Source of the DNA: the human T2T-CHM13v2.0 reference genome, Homo sapiens
Direction: 5' to 3' (one strand)
Length of the DNA stretch: 64,000 nt
NCBI RefSeq assembly: GCF_009914755.1
Contig: NC_060935.1
Both the position numbers and the translations under genes were made by a program. Shown piece after piece: positions 1 to 21,806 of the stretch. Numbering within the stretch: position 1 is the first letter of the stretch; each line of letters opens with the position of its first letter. Below the pieces are notes generated by a model. The model made no database searches, had not been told where the DNA came from, and saw only the letters and a program-made list of their open reading frames with translations.

Positions 1-272
1 TGGTGAGCCGAGATCACACCACTGCACTCCAGCCTGGGTGACAGAGTGAGACTCCATCTCAAAAAAAAAAAAAAAATGCTGCTTTTCTGGCAGGCAGCAC
101 TTTAAAAGGGACTGTGTTTGCTCATATTTTTTCGAGAACTTTTGCATCTATATTCATAAAGGATACTCATTTGGAATTTTCTTTTTGTGATATCATTACT
201 GTTGAGTTTTGAGAATTATTAACCTTTTTTGTATACAAGCCATTTGCTGGATATATGATTGCTAATTTTTAA

Positions 273-1206
<934 letters not shown>

Positions 1207-1488
1207 TAGACAACCCAATTTTTAACAAAAGCAAAGATTTTTAACAGGCACATTCCAGAAGAGGGCATGCTGACAGTTAACAGGCACATGGGAAAAGTGG
1301 TCAAACATGAGTAGCCATCAGGAAAATCAACGACGTCCTACTACACTAAAATGGAAGAAACATTGCCAGACGTGGCCATTTGCAAATGTCGTTTCCTGGT
1401 CTGTGTCTTTTGATTCTCCTGACAGCATATTTGAGTTAATTTTTTAATGTGTAAGGTATGAGTGGAGGTCCTCATTAAAAATTGTTTA

Positions 1489-2091
<603 letters not shown>

Positions 2092-2349
2092 ACCAAATTG
2101 GGGTTGTCTGTCTTTTCTCATTGTTTCCATTGTTTCTGGATCTGTGTGTCAGAGATGTGTGCTGCACACATCCTTTCTCCGCCTAGCTTGGTTTTCACTC
2201 TTGGTGGTCGCAGACATCTTGGGGGCTACTTGAAGGAACTCTAAGCCGACCAGAGGCTGGGCTGGACTCGCCGTTTGGCGCCCAGCCGGAGACCCCAGGG
2301 CCACCCTCCCCGGTTCCATCCTGGGAGAGAAGAAACTTCCACTGTCCCA

Positions 2350-2589
2350 GTCTCTCCTGTGGTGACTTCTTTTGCTCAAGGGTTCACAAGGGCAGCAGAC
2401 TGATCTGCACAAGAGGGACTGAGCCTGGCTGCGGCCGCACCTGATGCCTGTGCACACCTGTCCCTGGTGGTCTCTCCTGTGGTGACTTCTTTTGCTCAAG
2501 GGTTCACAAGGGCAGCAGACTGATCTGCACAAGAGGGACTGAGCCTGGCTGCGGCCGCACCTGATGCCTGTGCACACCTGTCCCTGGTG
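2350..2589. repeat. 120-bp tandem duplication in the DRD4 upstream region (duplicated 'long' allele)
   Basis: Two identical 120-bp copies (2350-2469, 2470-2589), 1.24-1.48 kb upstream of the ATG; matches the known DRD4 promoter polymorphism. Confidence 0.95.
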
Positions 2590-3827
2590 CAGGCCCTTCC
2601 CCCGCAGCCCCGTGACCTTGTCCTGTGAGGCTCACGGTGCCTGCTCCTTCTCAGAGTCCTCATTTCTCCCTTTAACGCACGCCCTGTCAGCGCCTCCGTC
2701 TAGCCCGTGTCCTCCAGACCTTCGAGGTCAGGGGCCTCAATTCCTGGCACAGCCCCTCCACTCCAGGCCTCCCAGAAACAGACTAGAGCATCAGGATGTG
2801 CGCCGCCTGGGGTCCCACAGAGTGGTGCCCCCTTTTAGTGTCTTCTAGGCCCCTTAGTGACAGACTACAGAAAATACCTCTCAGGTCACAGGTCACCCCT
2901 CTTTGGTGAAGAGTCCATAGAACTCTCTGCTGCGCTTTGCAAGCACTTTCTCTTCTGCACGTTTGGAACCTACCCCGGCCTGTCGTGTCTTTCTCCTGGC
3001 CTCCTCGCGAGCCGAACCTACTGTCCGGTCCCGGGACCCCCTGCCCAGGGTCAGAGGGGCGCCTACCTAGCTCACGGTCTTGGGCCGGAGGGAATGGAGG
3101 AGGGAGCGGGGTCGACCGCTCAGCTGTCCGCCCAGTTTCGGAGGCGGCCACGCGAGGATCAACTGTGCAACGGGTGGGGCCGCGGCTGACCGTGGTGGTC
3201 GCGGGGGCTGAGCACCAGAGGCTGCTGGCGGGGGCGGCGGGATGAGCTAGGCGTCGGCGGTTGAGTCGGGCGCGGAGTCGGGGGCAGGGGGAGCGGGCGT
3301 GGAGGGTGCGCACGAGGTCGAGGCGAGTCCGCGGGGGAGGCGGGCAGAGCCTGAGCTCAGGTCTTTCTGCGTCTGGCGGAACGGGCCTGGGAGGGAGGTT
3401 TTGCCAGATACCAGGTGGACTAGGGTGAGCGCCCGAGGGCCGGGACGCACGCACGGGCCGGGTAGGATGGCGCTGGCGTCGATGCCCGCGCGCTTCAGGG
3501 CCTGGTCTGGCCGCCCCTCCATCCTTGTCGGTTTCTCGGGTCGCGGACCCCGCGCGGCGCCGGGCGATGCTGGCCTGCCCGTGGCCACCACCTCGCTTCA
3601 TTCCCGTCTCTTTGGGCCGCCGCATTCGTCCACGTGCCCGTCTCTCCCTGCGCAAAATTCCAAGATGAGCAAATACTGGGCTCACGGTGGAGCGCCGCGG
3701 GGGCCCCCCTGAGCCGGGGCGGGTCGGGGGCGGGACCAGGGTCCGGCCGGGGCGTGCCCGAGGGGAGGGACTCCCCGGCTTGCGACCCGGCGTTGTCCGC
3801 GGTGCTCAGCGCCCGCCCGGGCGCGCC

Positions 3828-4112
3828 ATGGGGAACCGCAGCACCGCGGACGCGGACGGGCTGCTGGCTGGGCGCGGGCCGGCCGCGGGGGCATCTGCGG
3901 GGGCATCTGCGGGGCTGGCTGGGCAGGGCGCGGCGGCGCTGGTGGGGGGCGTGCTGCTCATCGGCGCGGTGCTCGCGGGGAACTCGCTCGTGTGCGTGAG
4001 CGTGGCCACCGAGCGCGCCCTGCAGACGCCCACCAACTCCTTCATCGTGAGCCTGGCGGCCGCCGACCTCCTCCTCGCTCTCCTGGTGCTGCCGCTCTTC
4101 GTCTACTCCGAG
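3828..4112 (+). CDS. DRD4: Dopamine receptor D4, coding exon 1 (N-terminus, TM1-TM2)
   Basis: GCCATGG Kozak ATG at 3828; translates [29 protein letters not shown]...GNSLVCVSV...[20 protein letters not shown]; 285 nt, followed by GTGAGC donor. Confidence 0.99.
3885..3914 (+). repeat. DRD4 exon-1 12-bp coding repeat, 2-copy allele (GASA-GASA)
   Basis: GCGGGGGCATCT x2 plus GCGGGG. Confidence 0.9.
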
Positions 4113-5039
4113 GTGAGCCGCGTCCGGCCGCACGAGCATCCTCACCTGCTCCTCGGTTCCCCGTCCCTGTCCCTACGGAGGACCCGGCGCGACCCGGCCC
4201 CTTTCTGGTGCGGAGCTTCCAGCTGGGGCGGCGGCAGGGGCGCTGCGCCTTGTCCCTCGGCGATACACCCACCGCCGCCACCTCGCGACCTTCCACCCGC
4301 TGCGCTGTCTGTCCCCCGACCCTCGTTCCTCTTCTCCTTCCCCGTCTGTCTTGGCGTCTGTTATCCAGGAGATGCCCGTCCTTCTATCCAGGGACCCCGG
4401 AAACAGGCGACTTTGTCAAGCCCAGTCCCCTCCGTAGCTGGATTTCACCTCCAGGGCAGCCAGCTGGACAGACAGGCAGATGCAGGCTCAGCCCCCTGGC
4501 TGCCGTGGGACACACACACACACACTGCCACAGCCACTGCCCACCACACACACCTAGTGCAGATGCTGGCACACCCCCAGAAGGAGGCTCACAGCTCGCA
4601 GGGGAGACCTGGGCTGGACAAAACCCAGGGGAGGGGAGGGTGTGTGGGGACCAGGCCCCTGCTGAGAACCCTGGGGGGAAGCCTGAGGGGGAATTGGGGG
4701 ATGGAGCCCACACTCCACACCAGGTCTGGCCCTCGAGTGGGTCGGCCTTGGTGCCAGCCCCTCTGCGGCCAGAGAAAAGCAGCTTAGGGCTGAGCTGGAG
4801 ACGCGGTGTCCCCGACTGTGGGGGAGGGGGACTCGAGGTTTCCCCTTGATGGACACAGTGAATCCAGGCGGCTGGGGCAGAGACCAGCAGCACGGGACAC
4901 GCGTGACCTGTGCTCCTTTCGAGCCGCAGACGTCACAGTGACGACGTTTAAGCTCCTAATCTCCCCAAATCGGCGGGAAGGATTAGAGGGGCTGCCTGCT
5001 CCTTTGCCCTTGGAGAGAGTCACTCCACGTGGAGTCCTA

Positions 5040-5215
5040 CGCTGGGCACTGGGCACGGTCTTCATATTTTTAATTATAATTTATCTTCAAGACAATTATG
5101 ATGTGGATACTATCATCACCCTTGTCTTACAGATGAAGAAACAGAAATGAATTAACGTGCCCGAGTCTCCCACAGAGAACTTAGCCAACAGAGCAGCCAG
5201 CTTCGCTTCTAGGCC
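5040..5215 (-). mobile_element. MIR fragment (DRD4 intron 1)
   Basis: ...ATCATCACCCTTGTCTTACAGATGAAGAAACAGAAA... MIR core-like. Confidence 0.6.
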
Positions 5216-5333
5216 CAGCGGGGACCCTGCCTACCCCAGGCTGGGGAGGGGCTCCCTTTGAGCCCGATGATATCAGGCCCGCCCCCAGGGAATTCCCCAG
5301 GCCGTTCTCATGTTTGTAACAAAAGGGAGACCA

Positions 5334-5780
<447 letters not shown>

Positions 5781-5951
5781 AAAGGGAGATCTGAGTGGGG
5801 AAGGGGTGTTTCCCTGCCCGGTCCTCTGGCCTCTGGCTCACAGCCGGGCCCCCTTCTCCGTATTCAGCCCTGGAACTACCCATAAGAGTGGGGGGGTCAC
5901 AAGGGCCCGCGGTGGCTGGGAAACCTCAGGGCCTGTGGTGTCGCCGCGCAG

Positions 5952-6064
5952 GTCCAGGGTGGCGCGTGGCTGCTGAGCCCCCGCCTGTGCGACGCCCTCA
6001 TGGCCATGGACGTCATGCTGTGCACCGCCTCCATCTTCAACCTGTGCGCCATCAGCGTGGACAG
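5952..6064 (+). CDS. DRD4: DRD4 coding exon 2 (ECL1-TM3)
   Basis: cgcag| acceptor; [37 protein letters not shown](R), with the aminergic TM3 Asp; 113 nt; AG|gtgcgc donor. Confidence 0.98.
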
Positions 6065-6166
6065 GTGCGCCGCCCTCCCCGCCCGCGCCCCGGCGCCCCC
6101 GCGCCCCGCCCGCCGCCCTCACCGCGGCCTGTGCGCTGTCCGGCGCCCCCTCGGCGCTCCCCGCAG

Positions 6167-6969
6167 GTTCGTGGCCGTGGCCGTGCCGCTGCGCTACAAC
6201 CGGCAGGGTGGGAGCCGCCGGCAGCTGCTGCTCATCGGCGCCACGTGGCTGCTGTCCGCGGCGGTGGCGGCGCCCGTACTGTGCGGCCTCAACGACGTGC
6301 GCGGCCGCGACCCCGCCGTGTGCCGCCTGGAGGACCGCGACTACGTGGTCTACTCGTCCGTGTGCTCCTTCTTCCTACCCTGCCCGCTCATGCTGCTGCT
6401 CTACTGGGCCACGTTCCGCGGCCTGCAGCGCTGGGAGGTGGCACGTCGCGCCAAGCTGCACGGCCGCGCGCCCCGCCGACCCAGCGGCCCTGGCCCGCCT
6501 TCCCCCACGCCACCCGCGCCCCGCCTCCCCCAGGACCCCTGCGGCCCCGACTGTGCGCCCCCCGCGCCCGGCCTTCCCCGGGGTCCCTGCGGCCCCGACT
6601 GTGCGCCCGCCGCGCCCGGCCTCCCCCCGGACCCCTGCGGCCCCGACTGTGCGCCCCCCGCGCCCGGCCTCCCCCAGGACCCCTGCGGCCCCGACTGTGC
6701 GCCCCCCGCGCCCGGCCTTCCCCGGGGTCCCTGCGGCCCCGACTGTGCGCCCCCCGCGCCCGGCCTCCCCCAGGACCCCTGCGGCCCCGACTGTGCGCCC
6801 CCCGCGCCCGGCCTCCCCCCGGACCCCTGCGGCTCCAACTGTGCTCCCCCCGACGCCGTCAGAGCCGCCGCGCTCCCACCCCAGACTCCACCGCAGACCC
6901 GCAGGAGGCGGCGTGCCAAGATCACCGGCCGGGAGCGCAAGGCCATGAGGGTCCTGCCGGTGGTGGTCG
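6167..6969 (+). CDS. DRD4: DRD4 coding exon 3 (TM4-TM5, ICL3 with 7x48-bp VNTR, start of TM6)
   Basis: ccgcag| acceptor; [10 protein letters not shown]...[10 protein letters not shown]...[13 protein letters not shown]; 803 nt; G|gtgggt donor. Confidence 0.98.
6512..6847 (+). repeat. DRD4 exon-3 48-bp coding VNTR, 7 repeats
   Basis: Seven 16-aa units: [16 protein letters not shown] / [16 protein letters not shown] / [16 protein letters not shown] / [16 protein letters not shown] / [16 protein letters not shown] / [16 protein letters not shown] / [16 protein letters not shown]. Confidence 0.97.
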
Positions 6970-7063
6970 GTGGGTTCCTGTCCTGAGGGGCGGGGAGGAG
7001 AGGAGGGGGGGAGTACGAGGCCGGCTGGGCGCGGGGCGCTAACGCGGCTCTCGGCGCCCCCAG

Positions 7064-7266
7064 GGGCCTTCCTGCTGTGCTGGACGCCCTTCTTCGTGGT
7101 GCACATCACGCAGGCGCTGTGTCCTGCCTGCTCCGTGCCCCCGCGGCTGGTCAGCGCCGTCACCTGGCTGGGCTACGTCAACAGCGCCCTCAACCCCGTC
7201 ATCTACACTGTCTTCAACGCCGAGTTCCGCAACGTCTTCCGCAAGGCCCTGCGTGCCTGCTGCTGA
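7064..7266 (+). CDS. DRD4: DRD4 coding exon 4 (TM6-TM7, C-terminus)
   Basis: ccccag| acceptor; [10 protein letters not shown]...NSALNPVIY...KALRACC, TGA at 7264-7266; exons sum to 285+113+803+203=1404 nt = 467 aa + stop. Confidence 0.98.
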
Positions 7267-7347
7267 GCCGGGCACCCCCGGACGCCCCCCGGCCTGATGG
7301 CCAGGCCTCAGGGACCAAGGAGATGGGGAGGGCGCTTTTGTACGTTA

Positions 7348-7353
7348 ATTAAA
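7348..7353 (+). terminator. DRD4: DRD4 polyadenylation signal (ATTAAA)
   Basis: ATTAAA about 80 nt after the stop, in the only AT-rich patch of the 3' UTR. Confidence 0.75.
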
Positions 7354-9376
7354 CAAATTCCTTCCCAAACTCAGCTGTGAAGGCTCCTGGGGGCTGATGG
7401 GGAGTGGGGAAGAGGGGTTTCTGCCTCAGTGGCCCCAGGCCCCCCAGCCAGTTAACCTCTTTCTCCCCGCCAAGGAAGCCCACAGAGCAGACCCCACCAA
7501 GCCGGCCGCCTGCTCAGGGTGAGGGGGGAAGGGGCCCCCGAGAGCCACTCAGTTCGGCAGCGCTGGGGCCCAGCTTCCCCTCTCTGCAGGGGAGAGGAAG
7601 CAGCACCCAGCAGGGCAAGGTGTCTCCTGGGGAAGCCCAGTTCCGATGGGAAGAAACAAATGGGGAGAGGCGGGGTGGGGGGCTGTCAGCCGCCAGGCCC
7701 TGCCCGGGCCAACTCCCACCTCTGAGAACCAGGCACAGGGGGCTCCAGGCTCATGCTGCCCCAGCAGACCCCGGCAGGGGAGCCCAACCTGTCATTTTAG
7801 AAGCTGCCTTGAGGCCAGAGCCTAGCTTCCTGCCAGTCCCTGGCCAGAGGATGCCCCAAGCCCCACAGCAAGGGGCCTGTGGTGATGGGTGGGGCCCCAC
7901 CAAGTGGCTTCCCTGGAGGGAGCTCCGTGCTCAGTCACCCCTGGTGCCCAGCCAACCTCTGCCCAGCGTCCACCAATGTGGCTGGGCCAAGGGGTGGGAG
8001 CAGGGAGGCGGCAGCGGGGCCAGGGGCTGGGCAGAGCGACCCAAGCTGCCTGTCTGCACCCTGGCTCCATCAACCAGTGCAGCCCCTGACCCTGGGGGAA
8101 GAGGGGCGGCTCCCAGGGCCCTCCATGCAGGAACAGCCTACCCTGGACTGGATCCAGCTCTCTCCCAGGCCCAGGTTGTGGGAGAAATGGGGGACCCTCC
8201 GCCTCCCAATCGTGCTGGCTGGAACTTTCCTGTGCTGGGGATTCGGCGTTTGCAGCCAGGGTGGCCAGTCAGGGTGCCAGGCTCCCATCTGAACACTGAC
8301 AGACTGTGGGCTGTGCAGTCTACAGCATTGGGCACAACCTCAGCTTGCTAAAATACTCAGTGCAGGCTGGGTGTGGTGGTCACGCCTGTAATCCCAGCTA
8401 CTCGGGAGGCTGAGGCAGGAGGATCCCTTAAAGCTAGGGAGTCAAAGCTGCAGTGAGCCGAGATCGTGCCACTGCACTCCGGCCTGGGTGACGGAGACCC
8501 TGTCTCAAAAAAGAAAAGAAAACGAGTATTGGGTGGAGAGAGGACCAAGCCCAATTACTACTTTAGTGCGGCTGCCCCGTCCCGTCTGGTGACCACGCAC
8601 TTCTGTGATGGCCTCAGCGGCTGCCTCCTCCAGGACACCTTCTCCGACTACCTGCTTCCCAGGACCAGCCTGTCCCAGTCACCCCCGGAACAGACTGAGT
8701 CACAGTGGATTCCTCTCAGACACCCGTGAGAGTGAAGGAGGGGCTCCCGCCAGCTTTGTCCCAGGACCCACAGCCCCACACGTGCCTGACAGCGCTGGAG
8801 GCCATGGGAGGCGCACATGCATCTGGGGGTCCTGGGGGTGCTGACAGCCCTGGGGCAGGGCGACCTCTGACCATCAGCCTCCCAGGCTTGGAAAGGAGGA
8901 GCTGTGGAAACCTGGGATCCCAACAGACGCGTGGTGCTTGGCTTCTGTTTTACGGAAAGTTGGGGAAGAGTAAGTGGCCCCCACAATTCCAGGGAATACC
9001 CCCACTCCATTCCTGCAGGGCCTGGCGCAGGAAGCCAGGTGGCATCACTGCTGGCGGGGGTCACTGTGCCAGAGGGCTCCCACGGTGCCTCCCCCACCAG
9101 GCAGGGGTTCAGCTACTTCCTGCAGCTGTGCTCTCTGCAGAGATGCTGGTGTTCTCAGCTTTGGGGGATTATTCTTAAGAGGTGCAGGTCCTCAATTGCC
9201 TGCCACCTTTATGTTGGTTAAAACCCAAAGGAGCAGGCCCAGCCCTGCTGTCTCATGGAGGTCAACCCACGGCCCGCCTGCCTGGACAGGGCAAGGCCAA
9301 GCAGGGCCTCTGAGATGCCTCCACCTTGCGGCAATGGCAGACCCTGCTGGGTTGGATGAAAAGCCATTGTAGAGTC

Positions 9377-11511
9377 TCAGAGGAAGGGCCAGGCGGGCTG
9401 AGGGTCAGAGGAAGGGCCAGGCGGGCTGAGGGTCACAGGAAGGGCCAGGCGGGGTGAGGGTCACAGGAAGGGCCAGGCGGGCTGAGGGTCACAGGAAGGG
9501 CCAGGCGGGGTGAGGGACAGGCGGGGTGAGGGGCAGGTGGGGTGAGGGCCAGGCGGGGTGAGGGTCAGAGGAAGGGCCAGGCGGGCTGAGGGTCAGAGGA
9601 AGGGCCAGGCGGGCTGAGGGTCAGAGGAAGGGCCAGGCGGGGTGAGGGACACAGGAAGGGACAGGCGGGCTGAGGGTCAGAGGAAGGGCCAGGCGGGGTG
9701 AGGGACACAGGAAGGGACAGGCGGGCTGAGGGTCACAGGAAGAGCCAGGCGGGCTGAGGGTCAGAGGAAGGGACAGGCGGGGTGAGGGTCAGAGGAAGGG
9801 CCAGGCGGGGTGAGGGACACAGGAAGGGACAGGCGGGCTGAGGGTCAGAGGAAGGGCCAGGCGGGGTGAGGGTCAGAGGAAGGGCCAGGCGGGGTGAGGG
9901 ACACAGGAAGGGACAGGCGGGCTGAGGGTCAGAGGAAGGGCCAGGCGGGGTGAGGGTCACAGGAAGAGCCAGGCGGGGTGAGGGTCAGAGGAAGGGACAG
10001 GCGGGCTGAGGGTCAGAGGAAGGGCCAGGCGGGGTGAGGGTCAGAGGAAGGGCCAGGCGGGCTGAGGGTCAGAGGAAGGGCCAGGCGGGGTGAGGGACAC
10101 AGGAAGGGACAGGCGGGCTGAGGGTCAGAGGAAGGGCCAGGCGGGGTGAGGGTCACAGGAAGAGCCAGGCGGGGTGAGGGTCAGAGGAAGGGACAGGCGG
10201 GCTGAGGGTCAGAGGAAGGGACAGGCGGGGTGAGGGTCAGAGGAAGGGACAGGCGGGCTGAGGGTCAGAGGAAGGGCCAGGCGGGGTGAGGGACACAGGA
10301 AGGGACAGGCGGGCTGAGGGTCAGAGGAAGGGACAGGCGGGGTGAGGGACACAGGAAGGGACAGGCGGGCTGAGGGTCACAGGAAGAGCCAGGCGGGCTG
10401 AGGGTCAGAGGAAGGGACAGGCGGGGTGAGGGTCAGAGGAAGGGACAGGCGGGGTGAGGGTCAGAGGAAGGGCCAGGCGGGGTGAGGGTCAGAGGAAGGG
10501 ACAGGCGGGGTGAGGGACACAGGAAGGGACAGGCGGGGTGAGGGACACAGGAAGGGACAGGCGGGGTGAGGGTCAGAGGAAGGGCCAGGCGGGGTGAGGG
10601 TCACAGGAAGGGACAGGCGGGGTGAGGGTCAGAGGAAGGGCCAGGCGGGGTGAGGGTCAGAGGAAGGGCCAGGCGGGGTGAGGGTCACAGGAAGGGACAG
10701 GCGGGCTGAGGGTCAGAGGAAGGGACAGGCGGGGTGAGGGTCAGAGGAAGGGCCAGGCGGGGTGAGGGTCACAGGAAGGGACAGGCGGGGTGAGGGTCAG
10801 AGGAAGGGACAGGCGGGGTGAGGGTCAGAGGAAGGGCCAGGCGGGGTGAGGGTCACAGGAAGGGACAGGCGGGGTGAGGGTCAGAGGAAGGGACAGGCGG
10901 GGTGAGGGACACAGGAAGGGACAGGCGGGGTGAGGGACACAGGAAGGGACAGGCGGGGTGAGGGTCAGAGGAAGGGACAGGCGGGCTGAGGGTCAGAGGA
11001 AGGGCCAGGCGGGGTGAGGGACACAGGAAGGGACAGGCGGGCTGAGGGTCAGAGGAAGGGCCAGGCGGGGTGAGGGACACAGGAAGGGACAGGCGGGGTG
11101 AGGGTCAGAGGAAGGGCCAGGTGGGGTGAGGGTCAGAGGAAGGGCCAGGCGGGGTGAGGGTCAGAGGAAGGGCCAGGCGGGCTGAGGGTCAGAGGAAGGG
11201 ACAGGCGGGGTGAGGGTCAGAGGAAGGGCCAGGCGGGGTGAGGGTCAGAGGAAGGGACAGGCGGGGTGAGGGTCAGAGGAAGGGCCAGGCGGGGTGAGGG
11301 TCACAGGAAGGGACAGGCGGGGTGAGGGTCAGAGGAAGGGCCAGGCGGGGTGAGGGACACAGGAAGGGCCAGGCGGGCTGAGGGTCAGAGGAAGGGACAG
11401 GCGGGGTGAGGGTCACAGGAAGGGACAGGCGGGATAATGGTCAGAGGAAGGGCCAGGCGGGGTGAGGGTCAGAGGAAGGGCCAGGCGGGGTGAGGGGCAG
11501 GTGGGGTGAGG
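9377..11511. repeat. 28-bp G-rich minisatellite between the DRD4 and DEAF1 3' ends, about 75 copies
   Basis: Consensus GAGGGTCAGAGGAAGGGCCAGGCGGGGT with a few variant positions, ~2.1 kb. Confidence 0.95.
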
Positions 11512-11671
11512 TGCAGCATCTGGAGCGCGTCCTGCAGCAGCCCAGACACCTTTTCCAGCCTCCACTGCTCACTGGCAGCACCAACGGTGCAGCACCGGGC
11601 ACGCCTGAGCAGGATGATGAAACATCAGTGAGGGCTTGGCCTGGCTGGGCAGAGACTTTACTAAGTAAATA

Positions 11672-11972
11672 GGCCAGGGCGGTGGCTCACACCTGTAATC
11701 CCAGCACTTTGGGAGGTCGAGGTGGGTGGATCACCTGAGGACAGGAGTTCGAGACCAGCCTGGCCAACACGGAGAAACCCCGTCTCTACTAAAAATCCCT
11801 AAACTAGCTGGGTGTGCTGGTGGCCACCTATAATCCCAGCTACTCGGGAGGCTGAGGCAGAAGAATCGCTTGAACCTGGGAGGCGAAGTTGCAGTGAGCC
11901 AAGATTGTGCCACCGCACTCCAGCCTGGGTGACAGAGTGAGACTCTGTCTCAAAGAAAAAAAAAAAAGAAAA
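11672..11972 (+). mobile_element. Alu (S-like)
   Basis: Full-length Alu consensus with A tail. Confidence 0.9.
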
Positions 11973-12873
11973 CCGGAATAAACCAGGTGGTCCTGAGAAA
12001 CCCAGAGACTGAAAATATCGGGGGGCCTCTGCGGGGCCCAGTGAACATCCCCTTCCAAGGGGGCTTTGGCCACCTCTCGGGCTCAGCTCCAGCTGGTGCA
12101 GAAAGCGCTTCAGAGGCAAACATCAGAATCACTGGTGCAGGTTCCTCCTGGCGCTGCCACCCTACCCCAGGTGCCTGCTGAGCTGTTGCTGAGTGTGTAC
12201 TTTCTCGCCCCAAGGCAGCCACAGCCATGGAGCCTTCTGTGTGCAGAGAACACAGGCCATGAGGGCAGAAGCTTCCAGAACAAGAGTGATGCTGCTCCAG
12301 CAGCGCTCTTGGTCAGGAGGGCAGGGGGGTCCCATGTTCAGGCCCAGCCCAGTGCCCAAACATGCTGGACACGCCCCCTTGTGCCCCCCACAGGCTTCAG
12401 CCCTTTCTCCTCCACCTGGCGCCAGGGCCATGAGAAACAAGGGGGAGACCAGGAGGCCATGAGGCTCTGCGTGTGGATCCCTGGACCGAGGCCACCAAGC
12501 TGTCCACGTGGACTGAACAGGCCGTGCTGGACCGTCGGGCTCGCTCAAGCAGCCAGGGCACAGGAGGCACCATGTGCCCCGAAACCTGGCGGGAAGGGCC
12601 GTAGGCCTGCTGCACCTCCCAGCAGCCACGAGGGTCTCGTGGAACAGAAGGAACGAAGACCTCCTGGACTACACGAGCCACCAGACGCCAGGGCTTCAGC
12701 CCGGCCGCGCTGCCCCGTGCACCGGAGGCTCCGGCCTGGCCGCGCTGTCCCGTGCACCAGAGGTGCGGTGGGCTTGGTTTTCCCACCTGCGCAGTAGGAG
12801 GAAGGGGAGGAAACCCCCCCCCGAGGGCTGGCACTGCAACCGGCCGTGTGGGGCAGGGAGACCTTATTTACAC

Positions 12874-12879
12874 TTTATT
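12874..12879 (-). terminator. DEAF1: DEAF1 polyadenylation signal (AATAAA on - strand)
   Basis: TTTATT on + strand, about 300 nt past the DEAF1 stop. Confidence 0.8.
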
Positions 12880-13176
12880 GACAGACACAACACGTATGTA
12901 TGTGCGTCGCAGCACAGGCCCTGTGGGCAAGACCGGACGCTCATGATCCCAGGGATAAAAAATCTGTCCGCGAGCGGGCAGGGGGCCCGGGCAGGGGGAG
13001 TGCGCTTCCCAGGGCACCATTCGCTTAAAGTGTGTTAATGACTTGTCCAGCAAGTTTCTTTACCTTCCCACACCCCTCTTCTCAACGTCCCCCCAGAGTC
13101 CTCAGGGGGGCCTTCGACCTGCAAAAGCCTCACAGGAGTGCGAGGGGCCCCAGCTCCCAGGGCGGCCGATGGAGCC

Positions 13177-17086
<3,910 letters not shown>

Positions 17087-17319
17087 TGAAGGCAGCTTTT
17101 TAAAGAACAGGATCTGAGGGAGGCTTGAGGACAGGGTGTCCTGGGCTGGAGGTCCGGCTGGAAGGCAGCTTTTAAAAGAACGGGATGTGTTCGTTCTGTA
17201 GGTGAAAGGAGCTCAGTAAGTGCTTATATTGGGGCCCAAATAGTGTTTGCCAGGAATGTATACACTCAGCCTCTGCAGTACACTTTCCCTGCTTGAGGAA
17301 ATTCTATCCTCCTACTGAA

Positions 17320-21417
<4,098 letters not shown>

Positions 21418-21420
21418 CTA

Positions 21421-21775
<355 letters not shown>

Positions 21776-21806
21776 CTACAAAATTTCTCTTGAATTTCTG
21801 TGGAGC

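Larger units (their letters stand above)
2980..4330 (+). promoter_or_regulatory. DRD4: DRD4 CpG-island promoter and exon 1
   Basis: Very high GC and CpG density, several GGGCGG Sp1 boxes (e.g. ~3716-3735), no obvious TATA box; position -521 (3307) is T, forming TGCGCA. Confidence 0.85.
5900..7310. other. Intragenic CpG island over DRD4 exons 2-4
   Basis: Continuous very high GC/CpG content, including the two short introns. Confidence 0.8.

Noticed and set aside
2783-4849. 200-366 aa ORFs across the DRD4 promoter and intron 1
   Set aside because: Stop-codon depletion in a CpG island; only 3828-4112 is receptor sequence
5795-7163. Long overlapping ORFs in alternative and antisense frames over DRD4 exon 3 (415, 246, 262, 181 aa)
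   Set aside because: Explained by extreme GC content and a 48-bp (3n) stop-free repeat; no independent coding evidence
7404-8351. 315-aa ORF downstream of DRD4
   Set aside because: Non-ATG start, low-complexity GC-rich translation, no recognisable domain or splice structure
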